A DNA stretch of 64,000 nucleotides from Nitrosopumilus sp. (lineage in GTDB: Archaea; Thermoproteota; Nitrososphaeria; Nitrososphaerales; Nitrosopumilaceae), in assembly GCA_965214775.1 (NCBI GenBank), contig OZ243974.1, forward strand, positions 416,001 through 480,000, in the 5' to 3' direction. The position numbers and the translations under genes were made by a program. The notes beneath the pieces are model-generated. The model worked only from the letters and a program-made list of their open reading frames with translations. It did not search any database and was not told the origin of the DNA. Every line of letters begins with the position of its first letter. Positions within the stretch are counted from its first letter, which is position 1. This document shows, in pieces, positions 52,182-61,386 of this stretch.

Positions 52182-52217
52182 TGTCTTGTCAAATTAAACC
52201 TATCCAAAAAAAGGAGC

Positions 52218-53219
52218 CTAGCCTCGTCTGTCAATAACATCGTTGACTGCCGGGCCGGTACCAATGATTGTCACAGGCGTGCCAAGTTTCTCTTCAATGT
52301 TTTCGATAAAGGATTTTGCCTCATCAGGCAATTCATCATAAGATGTCTTGCCTGCACAGCCTGTAAAAAGAACGTCAAGTTTTGTAATCGAGATTTGCGT
52401 TGCTCCATTAAGCATGATGGCACGCCTGGCCAGGTCAAAATCAAAGTCAGCTGCACGCCTTTGCCTTCCCGTAACAGTTCCAAATTCTGACCAACCCTTC
52501 CTCTCAGCCTCCTCAAGAGACAGTTCGTTTTGCAGTGGCCCCGTGCCTACACGCGTAACGTACGATTTGAAGACCACCATTACCTCATCGACTTTTGTAG
52601 GCCCCAATCCGATATCGGCGCAAATTCCAGAGGCAGTCACATCTTTGGATGTGACAAAGGGGTAGGTTCCGTGCCAAAGGGATAGAAAGGTGCCTTGCGT
52701 GCCCTCAACTAGGACGTTTTCATTGGCCTCCAAGGCAGAATTGATTTCTTTGGGAACATCCACAATCAGCGAAGAGATCGAATCAAAGTCTTTGGCCAGT
52801 TTCAAGACCCTCATAGCCCGATCTGAATTTGCAGGACCGGTTCCAGAACCTGTGCTTCCGATTTTTTCTTTTAATTGGCCCTTGGAGTCTCTAGCAAGAT
52901 GAGATTCCTCGATGATTCCACAGTGCCTGTCTATAAAAGAACGGCCGGCAGCATCAAAGTCCCTGATCTCCCTTTTTAACAGTTCAGGATTGATGACGAC
53001 GCCGGGTCCGATCATGACTTTGGCATTTTTGTTCAAGAAACCGCTTGGCAGCATTCTGACTTTGTAGACTTTGCGGCCATCCCTTATTGTATGGCCGGCA
53101 TTTGGTCCTGCGCCACCACGTACAATTATCTTGGGATTGTCTTTGATTGCCAGATAAGAAATGATTTTTCCTTTTCCTTCATCTCCAAAAAAGCCCCCGA
53201 CTACAACTGTTGATGCCAT
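52218..53219 (-). CDS. purA: Adenylosuccinate synthetase
   Basis: GDEGKGK, GPNAGHT, EGTQG, GTVTGRQRR, TKLD. Confidence 0.97.
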   Translation of the reverse strand: MASTVVVGGFFGDEGKGKIISYLAIKDNPKIIVRGGAGPNAGHTIRDGRKVYKVRMLPSGFLNKNAKVMIGPGVVINPELLKREIRDFDAAGRSFIDRHCGIIEESHLARDSKGQLKEKIGSTGSGTGPANSDRAMRVLKLAKDFDSISSLIVDVPKEINSALEANENVLVEGTQGTFLSLWHGTYPFVTSKDVTASGICADIGLGPTKVDEVMVVFKSYVTRVGTGPLQNELSLEEAERKGWSEFGTVTGRQRRAADFDFDLARRAIMLNGATQISITKLDVLFTGCAGKTSYDELPDEAKSFIENIEEKLGTPVTIIGTGPAVNDVIDRRG

Positions 53220-53299
53220 GATTCCCAGTCAGACCCGCGTTTATTTAAGCTAAAGTGCCGAAACGTGATTTTATATTCGGTGCAAGATACGTCTGATCG

Positions 53300-53761
53300 A
53301 TGGCCGGAGAGAATTTTGCAGGAAACATCATAGTGAATCTAGCAAGTCTGCCAGACTTTCTCAGGAACCCGATTCTGAAGAAAAGAATGACAGAGTTTTT
53401 TGCATTGTCTGATCCTGAAAAAAAAGAAATCATCAACAACGCACTAGAAGCCGGGCCGACAATTCCGTTTCCAAATTTTTCAAGACTGTTCAAAACATGG
53501 CTTGAGGTTTTGGCTGCCCTTGCCGAAGAACAAAGAGAAGGGCTGTTCTCCGAGTACATAATCGAGGTGTCTCGATCACCTCAAAAGTTGATTGCCTTTA
53601 ATTTGGACGGGATTTTGGAGATATTCCTGACGCTGGAAGAAAATGAAAGGGAAATTCTGTCAAATACAATTAAAAAGATCATCGGCAGTTTGGATGAGAA
53701 CCATAAAAGAAGGCTGATGATAGTCATCCCAGATAATGCAAAAAAGCACCTGAAATTTTAG
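53300..53761 (+). CDS. Hypothetical helical protein
   Basis: Protein-like composition, fills the gap. Confidence 0.8.
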   Translation: MAGENFAGNIIVNLASLPDFLRNPILKKRMTEFFALSDPEKKEIINNALEAGPTIPFPNFSRLFKTWLEVLAALAEEQREGLFSEYIIEVSRSPQKLIAFNLDGILEIFLTLEENEREILSNTIKKIIGSLDENHKRRLMIVIPDNAKKHLKF

Positions 53762-54039
53762 GTGCCAGCCGGCTCGTCGGGCTTTCGGTTATCTTCGTTT
53801 GAGTAATCCACAATTTCACCGTCAGGAGACATTACTCCGGCAAAGATTTTCTCATGTTTTTTCAACAATTTTCTGTGATCAGGCATCGACATATCCAGCC
53901 TCATTTCATTCATAACCATGACCCGATACTCCTTCCATTCAGCCCAGCATTTGTTGCATACGGGGTATTTTTCTGCAACCATGTCAAGCTGTTCGGAGTC
54001 AGGAATCTCATCCTTGCATTTAGTGCATATGCGGCCCAT
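53758..54039 (-). CDS. YggX-like Fe(II)-trafficking protein
   Basis: CTKC...VCNKCWAEWKE....MNEMRLDMS. Confidence 0.8.
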   Translation of the reverse strand: MGRICTKCKDEIPDSEQLDMVAEKYPVCNKCWAEWKEYRVMVMNEMRLDMSMPDHRKLLKKHEKIFAGVMSPDGEIVDYSNEDNRKPDEPAGT

Positions 54040-54266
54040 GAAAAGTCCCTGCCAAAGACTACTTTTATCTTTTATCGATGCAACAGTAGTTGAAAATGTA
54101 CACTCCGTATGCCACCTGTGTGATGGCACCTCCATCCATCCACGGCTCTGCACGCATGGGATTCCGCATGCCAAAACCACGTGAGACAGCTGTTCTGGTA
54201 AACAAAAGTACATTTTCAACTACTGTGCAAGGTAACAGTAATAATTAACAACGGCATTGATCCTGC

Positions 54267-54485
54267 ATGAAGATCAAGTGCCCCAAATGCAAGGAGGATG
54301 CAGAATTGGCGATGGATTTTTCCTTGGTAAAATGTGGCTCGTGTGACCTGGAAATGAGCTATGGCGAATATGTCAAGTTTGTCGCCCATAACGAGTCCAG
54401 ATATTCAGATATTTTGGGGGACTATTCAGGGGATGTCAGGAGCCAGCAGGCAGGTTCTTCTTCTTCTTTGGATGAATGGGATTAA
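54267..54485 (+). CDS. Small zinc-finger protein
   Basis: CPKC...CGSC. Confidence 0.8.
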   Translation: MKIKCPKCKEDAELAMDFSLVKCGSCDLEMSYGEYVKFVAHNESRYSDILGDYSGDVRSQQAGSSSSLDEWD

Positions 54486-54545
54486 CAGCATGGTAAAATC
54501 ATCCACCAGATTAAAATAATTAGTTTAAGAGATTTCTAAACATAG

Positions 54546-55196
54546 TTGGAATTCTTACTTGAGAACATTCTCAATCTAGTTGGATTTTTGGTAGGATTGG
54601 TCATCGGGACAATGTCGCTTGTTGGTTTCCGGAATACGGGCAGTCCCACATTGTTTAGGCTGACAATTGCCTTCTTTTCGATCAGTGTGGGATTTTTTGT
54701 GATTTGGTCAGGATACATGATAGAGGATTTCATAATAAAATCAGGAAGTATTGAAAGGTGGGTTCAGGCATTAGGAATAGGAATTCAGACAGTAGGATAC
54801 TTTTTCATCGCCTTCTCACACAGCATTAAATCATTTTTCCCCAAGTCAAGATACTTTAGATCAGTGGGAGTTTTTCCGTTGTTCCTTGTTTCATCAGTAC
54901 AGCTAGAGCACATCTTTAGATCAGTCTCGTTTATTCTTCTTGCCTATGGCGCAATTGAAACCATACTCTCATATCTTGAAAACAGGAACAAGGGGGCAAT
55001 CTCAGTGGCAGTGGGTCTTGCAATGCTGACCTTTGGAGAGTTTTTAGGATGGTATTCTTTTGTTTTTCCAGAATCAATCTTGGATCATGCTTCCATAATA
55101 ATCAAGATCGGGGGCCTGATACTGCTGTTTATTCCGGTTAGCAAAGTGCCGCTAACCAAGATAAAATTTGACGACGGTTTTGACGGTCTGAAATAG
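54546..55196 (+). CDS. Multi-TM membrane protein
   Basis: About 6-7 hydrophobic segments. Confidence 0.8.
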   Translation: MEFLLENILNLVGFLVGLVIGTMSLVGFRNTGSPTLFRLTIAFFSISVGFFVIWSGYMIEDFIIKSGSIERWVQALGIGIQTVGYFFIAFSHSIKSFFPKSRYFRSVGVFPLFLVSSVQLEHIFRSVSFILLAYGAIETILSYLENRNKGAISVAVGLAMLTFGEFLGWYSFVFPESILDHASIIIKIGGLILLFIPVSKVPLTKIKFDDGFDGLK

Positions 55197-55295
55197 GCTC
55201 AATTTTTTAAAAGTTTTGATTGGGTTAATTTCTTTTATCTTCTTGGTGTATTGGAAAAAATCATTGCACTATCATAGAAACTAACAGGACAAATA

Positions 55296-55592
55296 GTGCT
55301 AGCAATGACCAGATACAGAACCCACATGAAAATTATCGGGGATATCCTGTACACGGCAAGAGATGATCTGCAGGACGAGGATGGCGCAACAGTCACTTAT
55401 CTGATTAGAAAGGCAAACGTTTCTCATTCAAGAATTTCCAGAATTCTAAAAACCCTGGTATCACAAGGGCTGCTGGAACAAGTTGGTTCACAAGGCTCAA
55501 ACAAATACAAGATTAGCCAGTCAGGAAGGGAGTTCCTGCAGGCATATCACACGTTTAGAAAGTTTGCAGACGATTTTGGATTAAATATTTAA
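55296..55592 (+). CDS. Winged-helix transcriptional regulator
   Basis: YRTHMKIIGDIL..T.LIRKANVSH..YKISQSGREFL. Confidence 0.88.
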   Translation: MLAMTRYRTHMKIIGDILYTARDDLQDEDGATVTYLIRKANVSHSRISRILKTLVSQGLLEQVGSQGSNKYKISQSGREFLQAYHTFRKFADDFGLNI

Positions 55593-55606
55593 TCTTCTTC
55601 TTGTTC

Positions 55607-55705
55607 TTATTCTTCTTTGACGCCATCAAAGCCGTCTGAACCGTCATTATCATCATCATCAAAGTCGTCTTCAAAATCATTGTCTTCGTAATCAAAGGCA
55701 GACAT
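55607..55705 (-). CDS. 32-aa highly acidic peptide
   Basis: MSAFDYEDNDFEDDFDDDDNDGSDGFDGVKEE, with a TATA-like ttttaaaa upstream. Confidence 0.45.
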   Translation of the reverse strand: MSAFDYEDNDFEDDFDDDDNDGSDGFDGVKEE

Positions 55706-55786
55706 TCTTTTTTAGGGCATGCTGCAGCTTTTAAAAACCTATCAGAAAAAGCAACTGTAATTAATCAAAAAAAATCAGAGTGACTG

Positions 55787-56407
55787 ATGAAGGTGCAATG
55801 CGACGAGAAAGGAATTCTAAAGGCCTCCAAAGTTATTAAAAACGGGGGAATTGTAGTTTATCCTACTGATACCGTATACGGGATAGGCTGCAACCCCTAT
55901 CTAAAAGAATCAGTAGACAGAATTTACAAAATTAAAGGCAGGGACAGATCAAAACCGCTGCCCTTGCTAGTTTACTCAGTTGAGACGGCAGAAAAGATTG
56001 TTTTTTTTGATGAAAAGACAAGAAAAATTATTAAAAAGTTTTGGCCCGGAGCGCTGACGGTACTTTTGAAAATTACTGACCAAAAACTAAAAGAATCATT
56101 GGGAATCAAGGACAAGATTGCAATAAGAATTCCAAACAGCAAATGCGCTTTGGATTTATTGCAAAAGACTGATTTTCTTGTTGGAACCAGTGCAAATGTT
56201 TCAGGAGAAGAGCCATTTACAAATCCAGAGGATTGCTCAGCGGCAGGGCTGGCAGAGGATTGCGAGATTTTTGTAGATACGGGAGCCATCAAGAGCAGGG
56301 GAGAGTCAACAATAATCGAAGTAGTAGTGGCAGAAGGAGGAGGGGATGATCAAGTCAAAATCCTTCGAGAGGGTGCCATTAGCAGGGAGGAGATACTTGG
56401 CATATGA
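55787..56407 (+). CDS. Threonylcarbamoyl-AMP synthase (Sua5/TsaC)
   Basis: PTDTVYG, KGR..SKPL, WPGALT, TSANVSG, STII, REGAI. Confidence 0.95.
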   Translation: MKVQCDEKGILKASKVIKNGGIVVYPTDTVYGIGCNPYLKESVDRIYKIKGRDRSKPLPLLVYSVETAEKIVFFDEKTRKIIKKFWPGALTVLLKITDQKLKESLGIKDKIAIRIPNSKCALDLLQKTDFLVGTSANVSGEEPFTNPEDCSAAGLAEDCEIFVDTGAIKSRGESTIIEVVVAEGGGDDQVKILREGAISREEILGI

Positions 56408-56925
56408 ATATGATAGTTACGTGTGCAAGACATCTTGAATCAGATACCGAGGATGAACTGAGGGGCTTTCTTGAGGAATTTGGAGATTCTGAGCCAAAAG
56501 TTGCAATTACAGACATGTCCGGGATTTTAGTTGCAGATACCAAACTAGAGCCAGTTCAGACAGTAAGAAAGATCAAAGAAAAGTTTCTTGACGAGCCCTG
56601 GAGTGTCAGATATTGCCTGAGAATAATTCCCGTTCAAAGGGAGACAGAGTCAAAAATCGGAAGTATTGTTAAAGAGGTATCAGGATTAGGCAGCCAGATA
56701 GACGAGGGTGAGACATATAGGATTTCAGTAGAAAAAAGGAATTCGGATATTTCCAGCCAGGAACTGATTGCAAGCATTGCAAGCAGGTTCAAAAACAAGG
56801 TATCATTGGAATATCCAGACAAGACAATCCTGGTTGAGATTCTTGGAAACAAGGCGGGAGTCTCGATACTGAAAAAATCAGACATTCTGAGTATAGAAAA
56901 AACCAGACGAAGTATGTCAGAGTAG
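56404..56925 (+). CDS. THUMP-domain RNA-binding protein
   Basis: TYRISVEKR..VSLEYPDKTILVEI. Confidence 0.88.
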   Translation: MNMIVTCARHLESDTEDELRGFLEEFGDSEPKVAITDMSGILVADTKLEPVQTVRKIKEKFLDEPWSVRYCLRIIPVQRETESKIGSIVKEVSGLGSQIDEGETYRISVEKRNSDISSQELIASIASRFKNKVSLEYPDKTILVEILGNKAGVSILKKSDILSIEKTRRSMSE

Positions 56926-57696
56926 CACGGATGCTTTTTCTATCAGGATATCCTCAAGCGGCGTTTTTGAATTTACAGAGTCGATATGTTTCTGATTGAT
57001 TTTGAAAAAATTTTTGATAAAACTCTGGTTATCCTTTGAAAAAAGAGGTACTGCCAGGTTTTCAGACAGATGAGCGCACAGGGAACTCTGCATTGCCTTG
57101 CTGCCAATTGAAATCAAAATGAAGTTTTTGTTTGGTTTGATTCCGGCAGTCTTTATCGCATCGGAAATTTGCTTGGTAATAGCAAACCTCATCAGCAGAT
57201 CTGTTTCCAATTTTTTTGACAGCAATATTTCGTTTTTTTCTGAGTTCATTGACAGTGAGACTATTTGTCTGAGATGATAGTTGTTCAAAATAAAGCTGCT
57301 TGATATTGCCTGTATCCTTAATTTTGGGTATTTTTCCCGTAATTCATCAATAAATTTGACACCGATTTTTTTGCTGCCTTTGATTTCCATTACCTGGACT
57401 GATTTTTTCTGAGATTCAAAAGCCAATCTTTTGGCGGAGGAGCCTCCATGAATCACAGGAATGATGCTTACGATGTCATTATTTTTGATGATGGATTTTT
57501 TTCCGTCGATGGCTGACGAATCAACGCCATTAATTGCAATCAGAGAGTTTGCAAAGTCTAGTTTGGGACCATTCCCAGGTTGCAAGTTTTCTAATTCCAG
57601 CAGCAGGGATTCGATTGAAATCTCAGATGTCTCAAGACGCAATTGATCTGTCTGGAATGATTTTTTGGCCCCCCCGACAAATTTGACGGTAATCAT
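56917..57696 (-). CDS. Ubiquitin-like (MoaD/Urm1) domain fused to KEOPS subunit Cgi121
   Basis: ITVKFVGG...IAING..DIVSIIPVIHGG then ETDLLMRFAITKQISDAIKTAG. Confidence 0.88.
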   Translation of the reverse strand: MITVKFVGGAKKSFQTDQLRLETSEISIESLLLELENLQPGNGPKLDFANSLIAINGVDSSAIDGKKSIIKNNDIVSIIPVIHGGSSAKRLAFESQKKSVQVMEIKGSKKIGVKFIDELREKYPKLRIQAISSSFILNNYHLRQIVSLSMNSEKNEILLSKKLETDLLMRFAITKQISDAIKTAGIKPNKNFILISIGSKAMQSSLCAHLSENLAVPLFSKDNQSFIKNFFKINQKHIDSVNSKTPLEDILIEKASVLL

Positions 57697-57894
57697 TTTA
57701 ATCCAAAAGCTGTAAAGACCTAAAAAGTGTTATTCGGTTTTCTCTTCTGAACTGTCTTCGGCGATACTTTCAGTAGTCGCTTCGGCAGCAGGTTCGGCAG
57801 GCAGGACCATGAAGCTGGTTTGGACACGTGGCCTCCCCGTACGGTTTTTCAGCACATTCTGCCTGGCTGATACGTGGCTATCGTGCCTGCAAAA

Positions 57895-59100
57895 CTACGT
57901 CTGCGAAGCACTGGTGTCGGCTCGGTCGTCTTTAGACACGGAAACGTCTTGACTCCTCAGATTAGTTGGAACTTTGGCTTTGCCGTGTTTATCCAAAACA
58001 CCGTATGCCTCTAGCAGATCTGGATCTGACATGTTGACTATTGCATCGACTGGATCATCGTATTCTCTTTTATGGTCAAAATACCAGAATGCGCTGAGTA
58101 TGTGTACGCCCAACTCCTTCCTTATATAACCTGGAAAAGCGATAAAATCCGAGTCAAATGTAAAGAACACGACTTTGTATTTCTCTGCAAGATCTGCAAG
58201 AAAGGCGGCCCTTGCCAGTATTTGGATGTCGCGCCGGTCGCTATCATTTGATATGCTGATGGAATATGGATACTCGGGATCTTTTCCCTTCTTTACCATG
58301 TTCCATCTTCTTCTTTGTTGAGCTAGGCCGTCATCGTTGTTTATGGATTTGTACATCTTTTCTACTTTTTCCACCCACATATTCTGCATCTCTGACGTTA
58401 ACGTGAGTTGATTTGACTCGACGTCAGATACATTATCGGTGCACTGCTTGTGCTTGGAACTCAACACGGGTTCCAAGTCGTTTTTTCTGGCAACACTCTT
58501 GTATTCGTTCATGACATTTTCCACTATGAAAAATCTCGGTTCGCTGTCAAAAAACGTGGCCATCTTATCGTAAAACTTTTCCTTTGTGTCCAGATAGCTT
58601 TTACAAGCGTTTGTATCTGGCAGCAGAACAATGTTGGGGTTCAAGGATGCTTCCTCTGGCTTTGGTGGTTCGGTCTCTTCTGTCAACCCTTCTGGCTTTG
58701 GTGTTTCGGGTTGTTCGGTCAACCCTTCTGGCTTTGGTGTTTCGGGTTGTTCGGTCAACCCTTCTGGCTTTGGTGTTTCGGGTTGTTCGGTCAACCCTTC
58801 TGGCTTTGGTGTTTCGGGTTGTTCGGTCAACCCTTCTGGCTTTGGTGTTTCGGGTTGTTCGGTCAACCCTTCTGGCTTTGGTGTTTCGGGTTGTTGTGCT
58901 TCTTGTGATTGTTTTACTTTTTCTTCACGAATTTCTTTTTTGATAAATTTAGTAATGTACCCAGCAATCTCATTTTTCAGACATTTGGAACGAATAATTG
59001 AGATTTTATCTAATACCTTCTTATTGTCAGCAAAATCCTCACCGAATTTTGATTTGTGTACATCAAGTACCTCGTAAGAGAGACGTTTTATCCTGTCCAC
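57895..59100 (-). CDS. rps17e: 30S ribosomal protein eS17 fused via a repeat linker to a PIN-like domain
   Basis: KFGEDFADNKKVL..IRSK.LKNEIAGYIT (eS17); IVLLPDTN / ENVMNEY / DRRDIQILARA / FFTFDSDF (PIN). Confidence 0.88.
   Translation of the reverse strand: MDRIKRLSYEVLDVHKSKFGEDFADNKKVLDKISIIRSKCLKNEIAGYITKFIKKEIREEKVKQSQEAQQPETPKPEGLTEQPETPKPEGLTEQPETPKPEGLTEQPETPKPEGLTEQPETPKPEGLTEQPETPKPEGLTEETEPPKPEEASLNPNIVLLPDTNACKSYLDTKEKFYDKMATFFDSEPRFFIVENVMNEYKSVARKNDLEPVLSSKHKQCTDNVSDVESNQLTLTSEMQNMWVEKVEKMYKSINNDDGLAQQRRRWNMVKKGKDPEYPYSISISNDSDRRDIQILARAAFLADLAEKYKVVFFTFDSDFIAFPGYIRKELGVHILSAFWYFDHKREYDDPVDAIVNMSDPDLLEAYGVLDKHGKAKVPTNLRSQDVSVSKDDRADTSASQT
58655..58895. repeat. 36-bp tandem repeat x6 (PETPKPEGLTEQ)
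   Basis: ggtcaacccttctggctttggtgtttcgggttgttc repeated. Confidence 0.96.
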
Positions 59101-59143
59101 GCTTCGGATAACAACCGGGGTATTTTATACCTATATGCCACCA

Positions 59144-59264
59144 CAGTCTTCCCAGATGTACACGACTCATGGTGGTGGAGACGGCTGCATGCGGATCTGC
59201 AGGCATCATAATCTGAATTGTGGCAAATGTGGAACCGTTTTTCTGGGAACTTCTGGGAAGACTG
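59144..59264. mobile_element. MITE family A copy
   Basis: 121 bp, TIR CAGTCTTCCCAGA, 5-bp TSD CACCA. Confidence 0.93.
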
Positions 59265-59349
59265 CACCATATTGGGAGTCGCCGTCGGCAGTACATCCAA
59301 GACCAGCTCCATGCCTAAAACCAAAACACGCCCAAAGCCAGCCGGGCCA

Positions 59350-59478
59350 GATTCGAACGTAACATCTCGCATCCTGGAAGTCGTTCCAGATTTTAGGCAC
59401 GAATGTGTTCAATCAGGGTTTTCGGGACGACAAAATTCACACCTGAACTTCCAGAGTCCGAGCTGTTACATTCGAACC
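59350..59478. mobile_element. Putative MITE (imperfect ~20-bp TIR)
   Basis: TTCGAACGTAACATCTCG vs the reverse complement of CGAGCTGTTACATTCGAA (16/18); no TSD. Confidence 0.5.
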
Positions 59479-59797
59479 GGCGCGCACACCACCGCCGCCG
59501 CCAGGCAGAGGAAGACCAGCTGCTGCGACCAATGTTGCTGCTTCTTCTGCCGCCGCTGCCCGACATATGGAGTACGGCGGCACGGGCCGCCTTGTTCCTA
59601 GCCCGTCGACGGGGCGCATCGCCATGCCGCAGGACTGTGCATATCTTTTTGATGTAACCGGTTTTTGCGTGCGTCGTGACATGATGATCCGCATGCGGCA
59701 GTTTGATCTGATCAACACGCTGACGTTTGGAAAATCTTGCGTAGTTTTTAGTCACGGCCGATTGCGCATAAAGTCTATTCTCCTGTGTACAATTGTG

Positions 59798-60559
59798 CTA
59801 TTTCATCGCAGTTTCGATGTTCTGAATAACGTTTTTTGATATTTCGTCAAATGACGGAACTGTTGGAAGTAAGGGGTTTAGATCTACATCCCACTCATTT
59901 TTCATTTTCTTAATGCCGTCTTTTATCTTATCTGATGAAAACTCTTCTTTATAGAAAGACAGTTTTGAATTTGCTAAACTTTTGTCGAGTTCAATGCCTT
60001 GCTCAAAGAGATACCACATATCATACAAATGACGTGGCTTTTGGGCATATGCCAATGCCCGTATTTTTTCAGCCATAATTTCCTCAACACTCATGCTAGG
60101 AATGGAAAAACTACCAGTTTCCAGTATACTGTAAAAATGCTGAATTGGCAGGGTTTCTACGTTCCTAACCACTTCCTCTCTCAAACTAAGGTCGATTTTG
60201 ACGGACATAGGATGACCGTTATAATTCAGGTACTTTACAGAGTATTTTTGACTGCGCTTACCAGTTTCCATCTTCTTGACTTCGGTGAAATTCACATCAA
60301 GTTGCTTGATTTTCTCTTTTAGTAAAGATTCTAGTTCATTTGAGATATCGCTATTACAGGTAAAATCAAGATCCTCTGAAAATCTCGCATCTGGAAAATA
60401 TATTTTTTTGAGTGCAGTGCCTCCCTTAAACACCATTTCAGATATTTTTGAAAATTCTGAAATTACAAGCAACAAGACAGTTGCAGAATAATCTTTTTGG
60501 ATGGTCTCTGCAAACACCCCATGCCTGCCGCCTAGCGACTTTATTTCGTCTGCATCCAT
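59798..60559 (-). CDS. AbiEii-family nucleotidyltransferase (type IV TA toxin)
   Basis: QKDY, FKGGTAL..RFSEDLDF, AEKIRA..PRHLYD. Confidence 0.93.
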   Translation of the reverse strand: MDADEIKSLGGRHGVFAETIQKDYSATVLLLVISEFSKISEMVFKGGTALKKIYFPDARFSEDLDFTCNSDISNELESLLKEKIKQLDVNFTEVKKMETGKRSQKYSVKYLNYNGHPMSVKIDLSLREEVVRNVETLPIQHFYSILETGSFSIPSMSVEEIMAEKIRALAYAQKPRHLYDMWYLFEQGIELDKSLANSKLSFYKEEFSSDKIKDGIKKMKNEWDVDLNPLLPTVPSFDEISKNVIQNIETAMK

Positions 60560-60561
60560 TT

Positions 60562-61386
60562 CTAGTACTCCATCCAGCTAAGCAATTCATCCCTTGTTCT
60601 GTTAAGTATTAATCCGTATTCCTTTGAATATGCAATTCTTGTTTTTGCAGCAGTAGGATCAAGAAAACTATAGGGATACCTAGCTGTTTCTTTTTTTATT
60701 TTCTCAGACAGGTTTTTTTCTATATCGAGAATAGTGAGCAGATAGCCCAGTCTGCGTAACACGACATTGATTCCAATTTTTTTGGTTAGTTGATAAATTT
60801 CATCCCAATTGACTTCTTTTCGTATGTTCCACATCGCCTTTGTTACTTCTACTATCCCACCGCAATATTCCGGGTGAGTTAATCCGTCAACCACCGTTTT
60901 TTCTTTTGAAGAAATGTTAAAATGGTTATTTTTTCCTATTCTGTGTTCGACGTATCCAAAAAACTTCTTTTTTGATATGGTGACAAACTGGAATTTTTGA
61001 TTTCCAAACTTTAGGATGCGATTTTTCTTTCGTTTCGGTGTAACGACAAAAACCGTGTAGGGTATCTGTTCTGTCATGTCCCAAAAATTCATCGCAGTCC
61101 AGAATCCGACATAATATTCACCAATTAGTCGAGGTACAATTAGCCAGGGATCCTCAGACCAATATCCCTCAGGACCGGCTCTTGCAGGGATAAGGAGATA
61201 TTTTCCGTTTTCAATTTCTTGTAATCTCTTCTTTTTTTTCAATCCTTCAATTACATTCCAAGCAGCAGAATCTGTTCCTTCAAGAATATTTCTAGCATCG
61301 TCGAAGGTAAAGACACTCATTTTCTTCATTTCCAGACTAAACAGTAGTTTTGTTTCCTGCGGCCCCAACCGTATATTTTGTGCCAT
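60562..61386 (-). CDS. AbiEi-family antitoxin/transcriptional regulator
   Basis: N-terminal wHTH (GKYLL), YYVGFWTAM...TEQIP, EKTVVD..P.YCGG, RRLGYLL. Confidence 0.93.
   Translation of the reverse strand: MAQNIRLGPQETKLLFSLEMKKMSVFTFDDARNILEGTDSAAWNVIEGLKKKKRLQEIENGKYLLIPARAGPEGYWSEDPWLIVPRLIGEYYVGFWTAMNFWDMTEQIPYTVFVVTPKRKKNRILKFGNQKFQFVTISKKKFFGYVEHRIGKNNHFNISSKEKTVVDGLTHPEYCGGIVEVTKAMWNIRKEVNWDEIYQLTKKIGINVVLRRLGYLLTILDIEKNLSEKIKKETARYPYSFLDPTAAKTRIAYSKEYGLILNRTRDELLSWMEY

Noticed and set aside
57895-58660. Intein as the explanation for the eS17 insertion
   Set aside because: No C/S N-terminal block or HN C-terminal motif; the motifs fit a PIN fold instead
58655-58895. CRISPR array (36-bp repeats); also considered at 5930-6063 and 61386-61536
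   Set aside because: Repeats are head-to-tail with no unique spacers, two sets are in-frame coding, and no cas genes are present
59270-59777. Several overlapping ORFs (59393-59755, etc.)
   Set aside because: GC-rich debris with MITE ends; no coherent protein or transposase motif recognised
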